DNA of 64,000 bases from Salpingoeca rosetta (GCA_033442325.1 JAWQFM010000007.1:1840567-1904566), one strand, 5' to 3'. Shown: positions 1 through 29,378, counted from the stretch's first letter. Made by a program: numbers and translations. Notes: generated from the letters alone by a model not told the origin.

Positions 1-1458
<1,458 letters not shown>

Positions 1459-2111
1459 GTCTTGTCGTGCCCGCTTTGGTGAGTTGGTGGCAGCTCGCCT
1501 TCATCGTCGTCGCTCACCACCTCGGAATCAGGCACAAACTCATCATCGTCCGTGTCCATCGTCGGTGATGGTGGTTGAAAATTTTTATTTTGCCGACGAT
1601 TTGCACGAAAGATGCAACTTGACAGCGGTCGCTTGGGGCGTGTGCGTCACCCTTGCACCCCAAACCAGCGCAGATGCATGTGCAAGGCCGACGTGGTGCT
1701 GCCGGTCAGCTTTCAAACGACTCAAATCCAACCACAAACGAGAAAAATAAAACCCTACCATTTCGTGTGTCGGGCACTATCACAATTGTCACAATCGTCC
1801 GCCCAAGACGGCTGGCTGCGACACGACAAATCACAAAAAATCAACATTTCGTCAACAAACGCCCTTTTGTGTAAAACATTCATCAATATTCGTCCAACTC
1901 TGCAATCTGCCCGAACGCTTACGACGCGCACACAGCGCTTTCCCACCACGGCTTGCTTCTGTATCTTTGCATTGCATCCGTTGCTGTTTGACTCATCAAC
2001 GACAAGCACACCCCACGAAACCCTCAGCACAACAGCGCTCTCTCATTTCTGCTCCTCCTCCTTTCTCTCTCTCTTCTCATCATCATCGAGCGAGTTCGCC
2101 CTCAATTTTTC

Positions 2112-2211
2112 NNNNNNNNNNNNNNNNNNNNNNNNNNNNNNNNNNNNNNNNNNNNNNNNNNNNNNNNNNNNNNNNNNNNNNNNNNNNNNNNNNNNNNNNN
2201 NNNNNNNNNNN
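2112..2211. other. Assembly gap (100 N)
   Basis: Run of N. Confidence 0.99.
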
Positions 2212-2262
2212 GTTGTTGTTGTTGTTGTTGTTGTTTGTTGTTGTTGTTGTTGTTGTTGTTGT

Positions 2263-2345
<83 letters not shown>

Positions 2346-2458
2346 GGAGAAGGGAGCGTATGATGCCTCTCCCCCTCGCCTCTGTCTGTCCACCGCACTC
2401 CATCTTATCTGCCTCACACATTGTCTGACTCCCTTCTGCCTTTTTCCCCACTTCATAG

Positions 2459-3585
2459 GCACCCAAACAGATGCCACGACAACAACAACAACGACGACAA
2501 CGACAACGACAACAACAACAACCACAGCCGCGACGACAACGACCACAACCACAACCACTGCTGGTGGCAGCAAGGTTGGCGGTTTCCACGACATTGTTGA
2601 CTTTGACCTGAGCGATGAGGCCATTCAGGGCAGCCTGCAATGCATCGTGGACAAGATGACATACGACGCGAAGAGCCTGTCCATGGTCCCAATCATCCAA
2701 AACGTGTCGCGTGTTGAGTCGCAGGTTGTGGCGGGCGTGAAGTACCGCATCCACGCCTCCGTGACCTGGATGGGCTACTGCCGCGACATTGCCGAGCAGG
2801 CCCCTCTGATGATGCCCCTGCACGCTTCATCAGGCAACCGCCGCCGCCGTCGCGATGATGATCACGACGACGAACACGACCACGATGATCACGACCACGA
2901 TGATCACGACCACGACCACGACGAAGGCGAGCACCGCGATCATGACGACGAGGACCACGATCATGATGACGAGGACCACCACAAGCACCGCCCCCGCCTT
3001 CCCGACCACCCGCTGCCACCTGCACCCAGCCAGGACCAAGTGCCCATCCCGCCCGAGGGCTTCAGGACCAAGGAGCAGGCCATCAACTACGTGTGCCGGG
3101 CTCTCCTCATGCAGTCGGAGGCGCCGCCGGCACAGATTGTTGCCACGGTGTGGTACCAGCCCTGGCAGACCCCCGCCTGCCAGACCATTGAGTATGAAGT
3201 TGTCGAGGGCGCGACAGCGGAAGATGCGCAGACCATCCTCATGTTTCAGCTCAGCTCCCAGCTCAGCAGCGTCATGGACATGGGCAACCCCTGGGACGAT
3301 TCCTCCTCGGACGACCAGTCGTGGTGGTCGCAGAACATGGCGTACATTGGCTGTGCCGTTGGCGCGGCCACGTTCCTCGCCGCCATTGTCATGCTCGCGT
3401 GCCACGTGGTTCGCCGCCGCCGCCGCAACATGTACCAGGTTGGCCCGCTGGAGTGGTCCAAGGATGTCACGCCCGGCGCCTACGTGACCAACGCCACCTT
3501 TGTCAACCTGGATGACTCGTACTCCTCCTCGGCGTCCTCCCCTGTTGACATCCCGGACACGACGCCCCTCGCCAAGAAGCACTGA
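2459..3585 (+). CDS. Type I membrane cystatin-domain protein (Thr stalk, QVVAG...PW cystatin with His/Asp-rich insert, TM, short tail); 5' exon probably lost in the gap
   Basis: Acceptor 'cttcatag' at 2458. Motifs: 'VGG', 'ESQVVAGVKYRI' (QxVxG) and 'VWYQPWQ' (PW loop). Hydrophobic 'IGCAVGAATFLAAIVMLAC' is followed by RRRRR. TGA at 3583-3585. Confidence 0.8.
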
Positions 3586-3650
3586 GCCTGCTTGCTTGAC
3601 TTTCTTTCTCTTTTTTTTTTTGTTGTTGCTTTTGGTGTCTGCGTGTATGT

Positions 3651-3750
3651 GTGTGTGAAGCGTAAGTGTGGTGTCGTGTAGTGTCAATGCACGTACAACT
3701 GTGTGTGAAGCATAAGTGTGGTGTCGTGAAGCGTCAATGCACGTACAACT
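3651..3750. repeat. Near-perfect 2 x 50-bp tandem repeat downstream of the cystatin gene
   Basis: 'gtgtgtgaagc(g/a)taagtgtggtgtcgtg..g.gtcaatgcacgtacaact' occurs twice. Confidence 0.9.
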
Positions 3751-4283
3751 GTGCGTGTTTCATGTGAGGCGCGAAACCTCGTTGTTCCTTGTCATGTCCA
3801 TTGTGTTTCGTACAATGTGGCACAAAGACGTTGTTTCCTCTTTGCTTGCCCCCCGGTTCCCCTCTCCCATTTCTTGTTCTTGTTCTTCCTTCTGATGGCT
3901 GCCGCCCTTTCCTTGTGCGAGCGCGACACACGCTTTGTATCAATCACCTTCCTGATTTGACCGACCCTTTCTTCCTAATGAATGACAGAACGACTGAATG
4001 ATGTGCCACGCTCCCCGCTTTCGTACTCGGAGCACCACAATAGACCGTACCTCTGATGTCACGAACAGGATGTGCTGATGTGATGTGATGTGAGAGGGCG
4101 TGTGATGAGGGGAGGCAACCAAGCATCCCGTAGACAACCGCCAACCAAGCACACCCAACAGCACCCAACAGCACCCACAGCTCAACTCGCAGACAGAGCA
4201 ACGATGCCCTTAATTCATGGTGTCGCTTTCCCCTTGTCGTTGGCTGGCGCCATTTTTTCGAAACAGCCGCGACGACCGCCACG

Positions 4284-4961
4284 ATGCGCACAAGCGCCAC
4301 AACAACAACAGCACGACTTGCATCCACTGCATCACCAGCTGCTGCAGGCACAACGGCAGCGGAGCAGCGAAGGCAGGCGGAGCTGGACCGGCTCAAGAAG
4401 TACTTTGCAAGCTTGGAGGAGGTCGACTTGCTTGAGGAGATCGTCCCTGCTTCCCCTTCCCCCGCACCAAACCAGAGCAAGGTTGTCGCGGAAGAGGATG
4501 AGGGCAGAAGTCGTGACGGAAGGAAGAAGCGTGGCAGCACGAAGCACCAGCCGCCGCGCAGTCGCCGCCGCACTGGTGGCAGCACGAAGCACCACCGTAC
4601 CGTCACTGGAACAGCTGCAGACACCCAGCGAACAAGCAATGAAGATGATGATGATAACGATGATCCCGATCCCGCTATTGATGATCCCGCTGGTGACGGC
4701 GCAGGGAGACGGAATGGTGCGAGCAAACACGACCCAGAAGCAGCCTCCACTCATACACCACAAGCAGCCACCGGTACTCCGCAACGTACAGCGGCAATCA
4801 CCACACGAACAACCGCAGCAAGGAGAAAGGCTGCACTGGCAGCCCAGCGTGCGACATTCAGTGTCGCTGATCACGTTCACGCAGTGGATATCGAGCACCT
4901 CTTCACTGGGGACGAGCCGCCGCCTCCACCTTCGCGGTTGAGGTCAACCCATGCATCAACC

Positions 4962-4993
<32 letters not shown>

Positions 4994-6887
4994 ACCTTAC
5001 GCATCCTCCAAGGCAGCCACGCCATCGCCATCGCGCCCGTCGTCCGCTGTGGCCTCGCAACGGACTCGCCGCCACCGACTGCCCCTGAGCCGGTCAGCGT
5101 CCCGCTTCTCGCGGCGATCGTCCATCACCCGCCTCAACCCAATCATGCTGTGCGACGACGAAGATGGGGACGATGATGCCTGTGAGGACGAGAATGAGAA
5201 CGGCGCCAACCCGAACACGGATGATGAAGGTGGTGAAACCGGTGGGATGGCTGGTGTTGATCGCACACTGAGTGAAACAGGACACAACACAGCCCCCGAT
5301 CTGCAACAATCCCGGAAGAGCTTGCCTCGCAGTCGCTCCCAGCCCTTACACTCAATGCACGCGCATGCCGCTGATCCAATGGAGCCTGTGCTTCCATCAC
5401 TACTTGGCTCGCGGCTGTGGGGTGGTCACAACACCGCAGCTTCAACCGTGTCCAGCATGGCGTGCAAGACGCTCAAGGCAAGCACCACCGCCATCGCTGG
5501 TGCTGCTGCTACTGCTGCCACAAATGTTCCTGCGTGGGTGCTTGCACCTCGCACACACCCGTACGGCGGCCGACGGCAGCGGCACAGGACCACGGTGCCC
5601 GCAGCACGGTCGCGATCACGCCGCTTGCACACCCAAAGCACAAGGCACACGCCCGCCAACAGCAGTCACAGTGCTGAGGAGGCTGATGTGCAGGGCGCCA
5701 GACAACCTGATGACGATGACATGAGTGATGCGTCTGAAGACATGGCCGTTTTCTCATCATCATCATCATCACCATCCCTCGCAACAACAGCCGCAGAAGC
5801 AACGGCGGCAGCGAGAGACTGTTCCGGTTCCGTGTCGCACCCGTCCTCCTCATCTTCGTCTTCCTCGCCATCACACTCAGCTGAGAACGAGCGTGGTGTT
5901 GGCGGCCATGCATCTGTACCGTGCGCGTTGCTGTCGCCACACGATGGTACAGATGATGATGGCGATGGTGATGGTGATGGTGGTGGTGCCCGTGAGAGTA
6001 GCGTCCAAACAAAACAGCGGAAGAGACAGGGCAAGAGACGCGGCACCACAGGAACACGCAAGCGAAACACCCGCGCAAAACAAGCGGCAGGCTCATCATC
6101 ATCATCGTCATCGTGGTTTCGGATGCGAAAAGGCGGCGACTTTCTGAAGCAATTACAAGAGTCCTTTGACAGCATTGAACAGGAGGCTCTTGAGGTGTGT
6201 ATCTGTGCGTGTGCCTGTGTGTATGTGTGCGTGTGCCTGTGTTTCTGTGTGCGTGTATGTATGTATGTGTGTGTGTTTGAGCTTGTTTCGTTGCTTGCAC
6301 ATGCAGGGAAGAGGATGAGAATTGTCGCATTGTTTGTCATGTTTGGTTTGTGTCGCAATGCACGGGCTGACATCACATCACAATGAATCCACACCTGAAT
6401 CATCACCACCGCTGTCATTGTGATCCCATGCGCACCATGGCAGGAAGGAGACGTGAAGCTGATCACCGTTGACCGAGCGCCCCCATCAAGCACGCGTGAC
6501 GATGTGAACACGCTCACACGCACACACCCGCGCATCGCCGCCAAGTATCAGGCATATGCCAAAGGTACACTGCTACTGCTGTTGGTATCTGCCCATGTGT
6601 GTGTGTGCATATGTGTGGGTGTGTGTGGGTGTGTGTGTGGGTGTGGGTGTGGGTGTGGGTGTGGGTGTGGGTGTGGGTGTGGGTGTGTGTGTTTGTTGCC
6701 TGCACTCGACTTGCCATCGTGACAACACATGGATGCTCTGTTCACTCATTCCCCACCTTTCAATCAACCACTTTAACATCAACAACGACAATGGTTTTGC
6801 GCAGCCATGACAGCCGCTGGCATTGACCCAATGCCCCTGTCCTCCTTCCTCACACACCCAGACCACATTCGCGCTGCCTTGCACTGA
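4284..6887 (+). CDS. Largely disordered basic/acidic protein with two Sororin-C-like motifs (3 exons: 4284-6194, 6444-6564, 6805-6887)
   Basis: Long exon 1 ORF. GT-AG junctions keep frame to 'AMTAAGIDPMPLSSFLTHPDHIRAALH*'. Motifs 'LKKYFASLEEVDLLEE' and 'LQESFDSIEQEALEE'. Function is inferred only. Confidence 0.55.
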
Positions 6888-7528
6888 TACCTGTGTCTCC
6901 ACATGTGTGTGTGTGTCTGTGTGTAGGTTCATGTTTCCATGTGTACATGTGTGCGTTGGGTCACTGCCGCTGTTGTCCTTGTCGTCCTCTCCTCTTCACC
7001 TCCCCGCCCCCCCCCCCACACACACACACACGCACCATTGCTAGTTCCTTCACTTGTGACATTCACGTTTGATTTTGAGGGAGGGCTTTTTGTTAACGTG
7101 ACACGCAATGCAACAGAAACCAAAAGCAAGGTTCCCCTCCCAAACGAACCCCGCTGTCAACACACACACTCCCATCATCAACCAAATGATAAAAGAGGCA
7201 AGTTAAGAAAGCAAGACAGAAGGCGAAGCAAACAAGAGCAAAAGGAAAGACAAAAGGAAAGACAGAAAACATACACAATCATCGACCTTCTGCGTCACAA
7301 TGCATGTAACATGACGCGACATTAGGAATTGTAACACAACGAGCAGATCGGTAGGAAGTCAAGCAGTTGACAATCACAATCACAACCACAATCACACACA
7401 ATCTCACACACGCACAACCACAATCACACAACCGCAATCACACGCAATCACACAATCACAACCACAATCACAACCACAACCACAATCACAACCACAATCA
7501 CACAATCACAACCGTCCAAACAAAGCCC

Positions 7529-9377
7529 CTAAAGCGCGGGCTTCCTGAGCTGGAGGCCGCGGCAGATGTGGTTGCACTTGTGCGTCCTGAAGAAATCGCG
7601 AATGCCGCGGGCACCGCGATCGCCCGCACTGAACAGGCGTCCAAACTCCTTGTTCCTCGAGTCGTGCACCACAGGGTCTGTAAGGAAGATGCCCATCTCC
7701 GTGCATGTGCCCTGCAGGTCCACCACCATGAACCGGCCCCTGGTCCGCGCGTGCGTCCAGTGGCTGAACGCGTGCACCACCATGCCCTCCGGTGTGTCTG
7801 CATGGTTCACCTTGCCGGCGTTGTTCGAGTACTTGGTGTAGTTGCCGTTGATCATCTGCTTCTCCATCACCCAGCACCCGTTCAGGTCGCCCACCTCCAT
7901 GTGCGGCGCAAGCGCTCGCAGCGCCTCGTGGTAGCGGTGTGCGCCCTTCACCTCCACCAGGTTTGGCTTGGCAAACACCAGCTTCAACCTCTGCATCCCC
8001 GTGGCAATGCCCGCACGCTTCAACTCCTTCATAAACTCGAGGGCAAGCTTTTGCGCCACCGTCTGCTCGCGCATCTCCCCGAGACACAGCTCCCGCTCGC
8101 GCTGCGCAGGCACGATGAAGATGGGCCGCTTCACCACCACGAGCTTGGTGCTGCCGGACGCAAACAGCGCACGCGCGCGGTGCACAACACGGAACGTGCC
8201 CTTGTTGAAGGCAAGCGGGTACAACTGCATCCGACGCTTCGCACGCGTCTCCTCGGCAAACATGTCTGCCTTGAGGTTGGGCATGTTCGCGAAATCACAC
8301 TGCAGCTTCAGCGACGTCGTGGTGCACTCGGACATGGCCGGCACCGTGCCCCACATGATGGCACCGGGCTGCATGTCCACACGCCGCTGCCGCTGCGGCT
8401 GGTGCTGATGCTGGCGCGGGCGATGTGCAGCAGGGCCGCTGCCGAGGGACAGCTGCTTGTCAAAGTCCTCGGCGAGCTTTGTTGATGTGGAGATGCTTGA
8501 CGCCATGATCTGATGCAGGACCTGCAGCAGTGCCGCGGGCTCGCTCGTGTCCACCCACGTCATGCGCCGGCCCGTCGCGCTCGCACCCGCGTACGCAGCG
8601 TCAAACTCATCAAACATCTTGCGCGTGGAGAACGGGTGCTTGTCGCGTTCCTGCGGGTCCCTGATGCCGCCGAACACATACTCAATCTGCTCCTTGGCCA
8701 GCCACCGCACGAGCCCAAGCACACGCTCAGGGTCCTCGTCAGGGAAGCTGTCGACCAGGTCGTGGTAGAAGAGGCGGCCGTGGCACGGCGCATCGGCAAT
8801 GTGCAGCACAACGCGCGTGGCCTCGCGGCGAAACTCAAGGCGATCGTGCACGCACTGCAGGCCCGCGCGCACGTCCTCCACATAGTCGGCGCCGCCCTGG
8901 GGGTGCACCATCTTCAGGCGCAACAGAAACGCGTCCAGGTTGGGCGTAAAGTGCACAACTTCGGGCCGGTCGTCCGCCAGGTGTGTCTTGTCGCGGTAGG
9001 CAACGAGTGCAAACCGCACCGCGCCCGTGTCTTCGCCAGCGCCGTGCGTGGCGTGCAGCTCCTGTGCTGTGCGCTGCATGGCTGCCAGCACGCCCGCAAA
9101 GTACGGCTCCATGCCTCCGGTGGCATCGAGAAGGAAGCACACGTCCAGCTGCGTCCCGTGGAACAGCCCGCTCATGTGCGGCGCGGCGCCCTCATCTTCA
9201 ACGCCACCGCCACAGCCATCGCTGTTGTCGTCATCATCATCATCGTAGGGGTAGCTGCCCTTGCGTCCATCCACCAACGTGGCGGAGTCGCCGCTGTCAG
9301 CGCTGGTGCTCTTCCCGCCATGCACCATGGTGTGCATGTCCTCGTCACCTCCGCCCACGTGCACGGCCGTTGCCATG

Positions 9378-9409
<32 letters not shown>

Positions 9410-11194
9410 GGCAGCACCGTGGTTGCTGTAGGTGCTCTTCTTCGCCTGGGGTGCGCGGGTGAGGAAGCGCGGCACAGTCGCGGCGTTGCCCGCGTTGAGT
9501 GTGATGGCAAAGATGTTGACAAAGTCCTCGTACGTGAGGGACCGGTTCCCGTAGTGCTGCGTCATGCGTTGCTTGTACAGGCCCATGTTGTCGCCGTAGC
9601 GCATGCGCAGCTGGTCGGCCTCCCTCACAATGTCCATGAGCATGGTGCTAAGGGTGCGCCCCTTCTGCTGCATGGCTGTGCGTACGGCGCTGTGGTGCAT
9701 GTGCAGCTGCGTCGCGTCTCGCCCATACAGCGCCTGCACAAGCCGCCTCCACTGATCGTGCGAGAGGCCGTTCTTCTCCTTGTGGCCAAATGAGCACAGC
9801 AGAGCGCTGTGGTCGGAGGCTTTGGTGCAGTTGACGTACGGGTGGAAGAAGTTGCACGGCGTCTTGTGGTAGTGGCTGCGGTTTGGGCAGTAGCGCAGCA
9901 CCTGCCACACAGGACACGACGGTCGCTCATCTCGCTGGCCGTGACCACCGCCACCTCGACCACCACCTCGACCACCATTACCACGACCACCACCTCGACC
10001 ACCACCTCGACCACCATTACCACGACAACCACCTCGACCACCATTACCACGACCACCACCGCGACCACCACCGCGACCATGACCAACACCGCGATCGTCG
10101 ACGTCGTCATCTTCACCGTCACCATCGTCGTCGTCGTCGTGGACCACAACGTGAGGGCCGGGTGCACTCTTGAGCTTGATTGCAGGAAACCCGGCATCCA
10201 GGCATGCGCGGAACGCCAGTGCCTGGTACTCGTCAAAAGCCTCACGCTCGTCAAGGGCCTTCATGGTCTGCGCGGCCGTATTGCGTAGCATGTCCATGGC
10301 TTCACGGACAACGGTGATGAGGGTCGTGGTGACCTCCTCCTGCTCGTTCTGGGCAAGTTCCATAATCTCCGCAAACACGCGGTGGAAAGGCACGGCACGC
10401 ACAACGCGCTTGAGGTCGCTGCGCACATCTGGGTCGCTCTCGTATGCCACCAGGATAGACCGCTGGTACACCTCGTCGCCGTGCTCAAAGCGGCACCGGA
10501 TATCGTCGTGTTCTGGAAGCCGAGCACCCCAGCACGCGCCAAACACATACCAGATGCAGCACCACGCAGCGTCGGGCGCAGCCACACCACCTCCGGGCTG
10601 CACATGCTCCGCCGGCAGTGGCGGCGCACCATGCGGCAGCGGCGCAACACCAGAGTTGACACGGCTCACGGCCGCGGAGGCTACAGTCGACGCAATGGTC
10701 GCGTCGATGCCCGGGAGTACACCATAGGGCATGTGGACGATGGAACAGTATGTGCAGTAGCGCAGCGCGTTGTAGAAGTTTGCCCGTTTCTGGTTGTTCG
10801 TCTCCAGCTTGCGTCGGTGTTGGATGGCAAAATTGACAACGTCCTCAGCCTCTCGCTTCACGTAGAAGTCTTGCAGCACGAGGATGTCGATCAAGAAGTG
10901 GGCTGGCGTCTGGTTCTTCTCGTTGAGGAGCCGCCGGACGTGGGTGTTGGGCTGTGATTTGGAAATGGACGGCTGCTGGGCAGCAGCCTGCTTCAAGTCC
11001 TCGAAGGAAGGACGATACTTGCCATAGCGGTACGCGTGCGGCAGATACGCGCGAGCCTGCTCAAGCCACACGCCCTTGACTGCCGGATCGTGCAGATGGT
11101 GGCAGCGGTGGGTCCCCGTTTCTGCCTGTCCTGCGCAGAGCCCAAATGTCTTCCAAACAAAACACTGCTGCTTCTGAGGCATCTTCTGAGCCAT
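7529..11194 (-). CDS. Intronless alpha-kinase (eEF2K/MHCK family) with vWA domain, 3-4 CCCH-type zinc fingers and an RGG box
   Basis: Kinase motifs 'FNKGTFRVV', 'VVVKRP', 'KYSNNAG', 'HAFSHWT', 'MVVDLQG', 'LTDPVVH', 'HKCNHIC'. vWA motifs 'LDVCFLLDATGGM', 'FALVAYRD', 'GGADYVEDV', 'IADAPCHG'. CCCH motifs in the N-terminal half. First ATG at 11194. Confidence 0.92.
9940..10095 (-). repeat. Coding minisatellite encoding RGG/GRGNGG repeats
   Basis: 'ccacctcgaccaccattaccacgacca' units on the plus strand encode GRGGGRGGGRGNGG. Confidence 0.9.
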
Positions 11195-11871
11195 CTTTGC
11201 GTGCTTGCCTGTTCTCTGGTTCTCTTGGTTCCCTTCTGTGCGGGCTTTGGCGTCCTTTTTCTGTTTGCTTGTTGGCTTGTGCCTATTTTTCTGTCTCCTT
11301 TGGATCAAAGGGGCTGTTGTTGTTGTTGTCTCTGTGGACAGCTGCTGCGGACAGTCGCTTGTTTGTGTTGCTGTATCTGTCTGCTGATTTTGGTGTTGCC
11401 TTTTTTGTTGGCCGACGCGCGTGTGCTCACGTTGTTGTTGCGGGAATCAAGAGATGAATGTAAATGACTCCGTTTGCGGCCACTGCGCGGTACGTCGCTG
11501 GTTGGTTGTGTTGTGTCCGGCTCAGTCACAGCTGTGCGTCACTGGTGTCAGCGTGAGTAGAATCCGTGGTTGTGGGGTTGTGTGCGTAACTGGGCTGTGC
11601 TTGCTTCTTGATGTGGCTGCTTGACACATCGGTTTTGCGAATTGCTCTCCGCTGTCAGCTGTGCGCAATTTGCAAAGGGGGTGGGGCACGAAAACAAAAA
11701 AAAAAAAGTTGTGTGCGAAAACCAAAACACACACACCACACAGCGGAAAAAAAGTGTTGCTTTGCTTCTGTGCTTGTCCTCCCACAAAGACAGACCTTCT
11801 TGTTCGTCTCGACAACGACAACAACGATAAGAGAGGGAGGAGTGGAACGTGCACGCACCCACCACTAAGAC

Positions 11872-11953
<82 letters not shown>

Positions 11954-12082
11954 GCAACAACACTCTCTAGGACGGCAGAGTTGGAGGAAGATACCAGTAC
12001 AGGCGGGTGGTGATTTTGCCCGTCGTTGCCTGCTCGTCAACGTCAGCAGCGCCATTACATCAGCAGAACACATGCGTTCGCC

Positions 12083-18606
<6,524 letters not shown>

Positions 18607-18708
18607 ACACCAAACACCATCTTTTCGTGCGTATGCGTTAGACTTCAACCACCAAGCCACAGCCCTACACCAGGCTGCAACACACACAACACACACACAC
18701 ACACACGC

Positions 18709-18784
<76 letters not shown>

Positions 18785-18910
18785 CACACACACACTGCTG
18801 TGTTGTCGTTGATTGCGATTTGTAATGTCATCCATAAACTTTCGCGCCATCGCCAACCACAACAACAACTGTGCACCACACATCGGCGTGTGGTTGACAA
18901 GCAGCGAGCC

Positions 18911-27022
<8,112 letters not shown>

Positions 27023-27331
27023 TGTCTCGAAGTAGTTGATGGGGCGAATGGGGTGCCGTTGGCTATGTGGGGGGGGGGGTGAGTAGTGTATGGTGCGTTG
27101 GCGTTGGCAGTTTGTGGTTGGCCAGTGGTTTGTAGCAAGCATCAGAGGCTAGGATTGGCCGTGTTTTCGGTGGATATGTATTGTGTGGTACCCATGTATG
27201 TGTTTGCGCAAGATCAATGTTTGCTGTGGGCTGTTTATTGGTAATTTCTGGCTTGGTGTTGTTACACATGATATAATTAACAGTTTCTCTCGCGAATACA
27301 CGACGATCAAGTAGGCGGCAAGATGACGTGC

Positions 27332-27388
<57 letters not shown>

Positions 27389-27481
27389 GAACGAAGCAAA
27401 GTAGGAGGGCGTGACATGTCTGGAAAGGATGATCCTGCAACAATCCTGACCACTTCACGGGCGGTACTGTTTTGTTTCTGC

Positions 27482-28332
27482 TCATGGGTGGAGCCAGTCG
27501 ACGCTGAATCTGCTTGCAAGCACGGCCATCAGGCCGTCCTCAAACACGTCAAACACGGGGGCGCACCAGTGCGTGCAGTCAAGCACGTTGCCTTTGTCAT
27601 TGTTGCGCGTTTCCCTGTCAACACGGCGCATGCATATGAATGGCGGAGCACATTGGCATTTGCATGTCAAACACGTGAGCATGTAATCGAAGCCGTGCAC
27701 CGCACATCACAAAACAAATCAAGAGAAAACAACCCAAGGCCAACAACAAGGCAATAGCAACAAATTAACAAAGACAAGCAAACCATGACCAACACAGCAA
27801 ACACGCATGAGTGCGTACAGGTGGGCGTCGAAACGTGGTGCGAGGAACTCGGTTGTGGGCTGCACGACGAGGCCATAGCGTGCAGCCGTCTCAATCAGAT
27901 ATTCGTTGTTCAGGTTGTTCCGATGGGACTGCAGCTGTGTTTCTTGCCTGCATGCACGTATGCATCAACAAAAGGAGTGAATTGGACGAAGAATGAAAGA
28001 ACGTGAGCGACGACGAGCGCGGGGGCAGCGAAGAGAGTCCAGAACCCACGTATCAACTTTCGAGTACAACCAAACACCACAATCACATGCATGCGTGAGT
28101 ATGATGGGTGCATATGAGACTGTTCTTCGCCCCCTCACCAGGGTGCGCAGTGGTTGATGCTTCGATCCCGCTTGAAGTAATCGCCTTGGTGCTGCAAACA
28201 AAACAGCAGCATGCGAGAATCAAGAAGTGTTCATGAGCTTATGGCGGCGGGCAAAGGCGCCCATCAAACGCGGCGAAGAAGTGTTCAAATCATGACAACG
28301 GATTCGTACAATTCACGTGGGTGTATACGCGT

Positions 28333-28382
<50 letters not shown>

Positions 28383-29378
28383 TGCTTGAATCAGCTCGGG
28401 ATTGAAAGTGCTGCGGGGTAATGTCTCTGAAGAACCCGAAATGTAGCGGGTGTTTGTTGAAGGTGGAGAGGGCACGTGCAAACTTGTCAACCTGCACGCG
28501 AAATTCTTCCGACTTGTCCTTGTGTGTGTCCGAGAAATGGAGCCCAATATTTGCAACCTGGGATCATAGAACAGAACAGCATAAACACAAAGTAACAAAC
28601 AACCGGCGGTGTCACAGCACCCCAAAGCCATTTCATGCTTGTGAGCGACAACAACCATAAAAGAGCAGGATGACACTTGACTACTTGAGATGGGGAGATG
28701 CAGAGAGAGAGAGACACACACAGAGAGAGCGAGAGAGCGAATGAGAGAGACTTAGACACGCACACACGCACGCACACACGCACACGCACGCACACAGACG
28801 ACGAACATCATGAACTCACGATAATGTGTTGGGGGCGGTTTGAGCTGTGCTGGGCGGTGGACGGAAGCTGAGGAATGCTGGCCTCAATGAACTCGTCAAT
28901 GTTCTCTGCCTGATGATGGGATGTGAGTGGGCGTGAGACAACCAACAGAACACAGGGAAGCACTCTCTTGGAGATGAACAAGGCGCACATTGTGTGCAAA
29001 GGAGCCTAACAGAGGGGCGGCGTACAATAGTAAGGAGACGGCAGCGGGAAAGAGGGGAGGAAGAGAGGAAATCGAACCGCAGAAGCAGAGAGCGCAGAAA
29101 GGCACACCTTGTCTGCTCTGTAGAGGAGGGTTGTGAATGCGAGGGCTGGGTGGCCAGTTTTGTTGTTGATATACTGGAGACCGGCCTGTGCCAATGGCGG
29201 CAGCTTCTCCAAAGGACGTGTGACGTACCTAACGTGCGCATGTGCATATGCGTGAGCAGTTGCTTTGTGTGATGAGCATGGCATGGATGCTTGGTGTCCC
29301 GCCACATTGAGTTGTTGTCGAAACTCACTTTTCGCGATGTGCTCTCGCCCGCAACGCTTCATATATCTGTGTGTGTGT

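Noticed and set aside
1612-2458. 5' part of the 657-aa ORF as the cystatin N-terminus
   Set aside because: It runs through an N gap and a (GTT)n tract, and an acceptor at 2458 marks the true exon start.
11195-11308. N-terminal extension of the alpha-kinase ORF
   Set aside because: It begins at a non-ATG codon in A-rich UTR-like sequence. The first ATG is at 11194.
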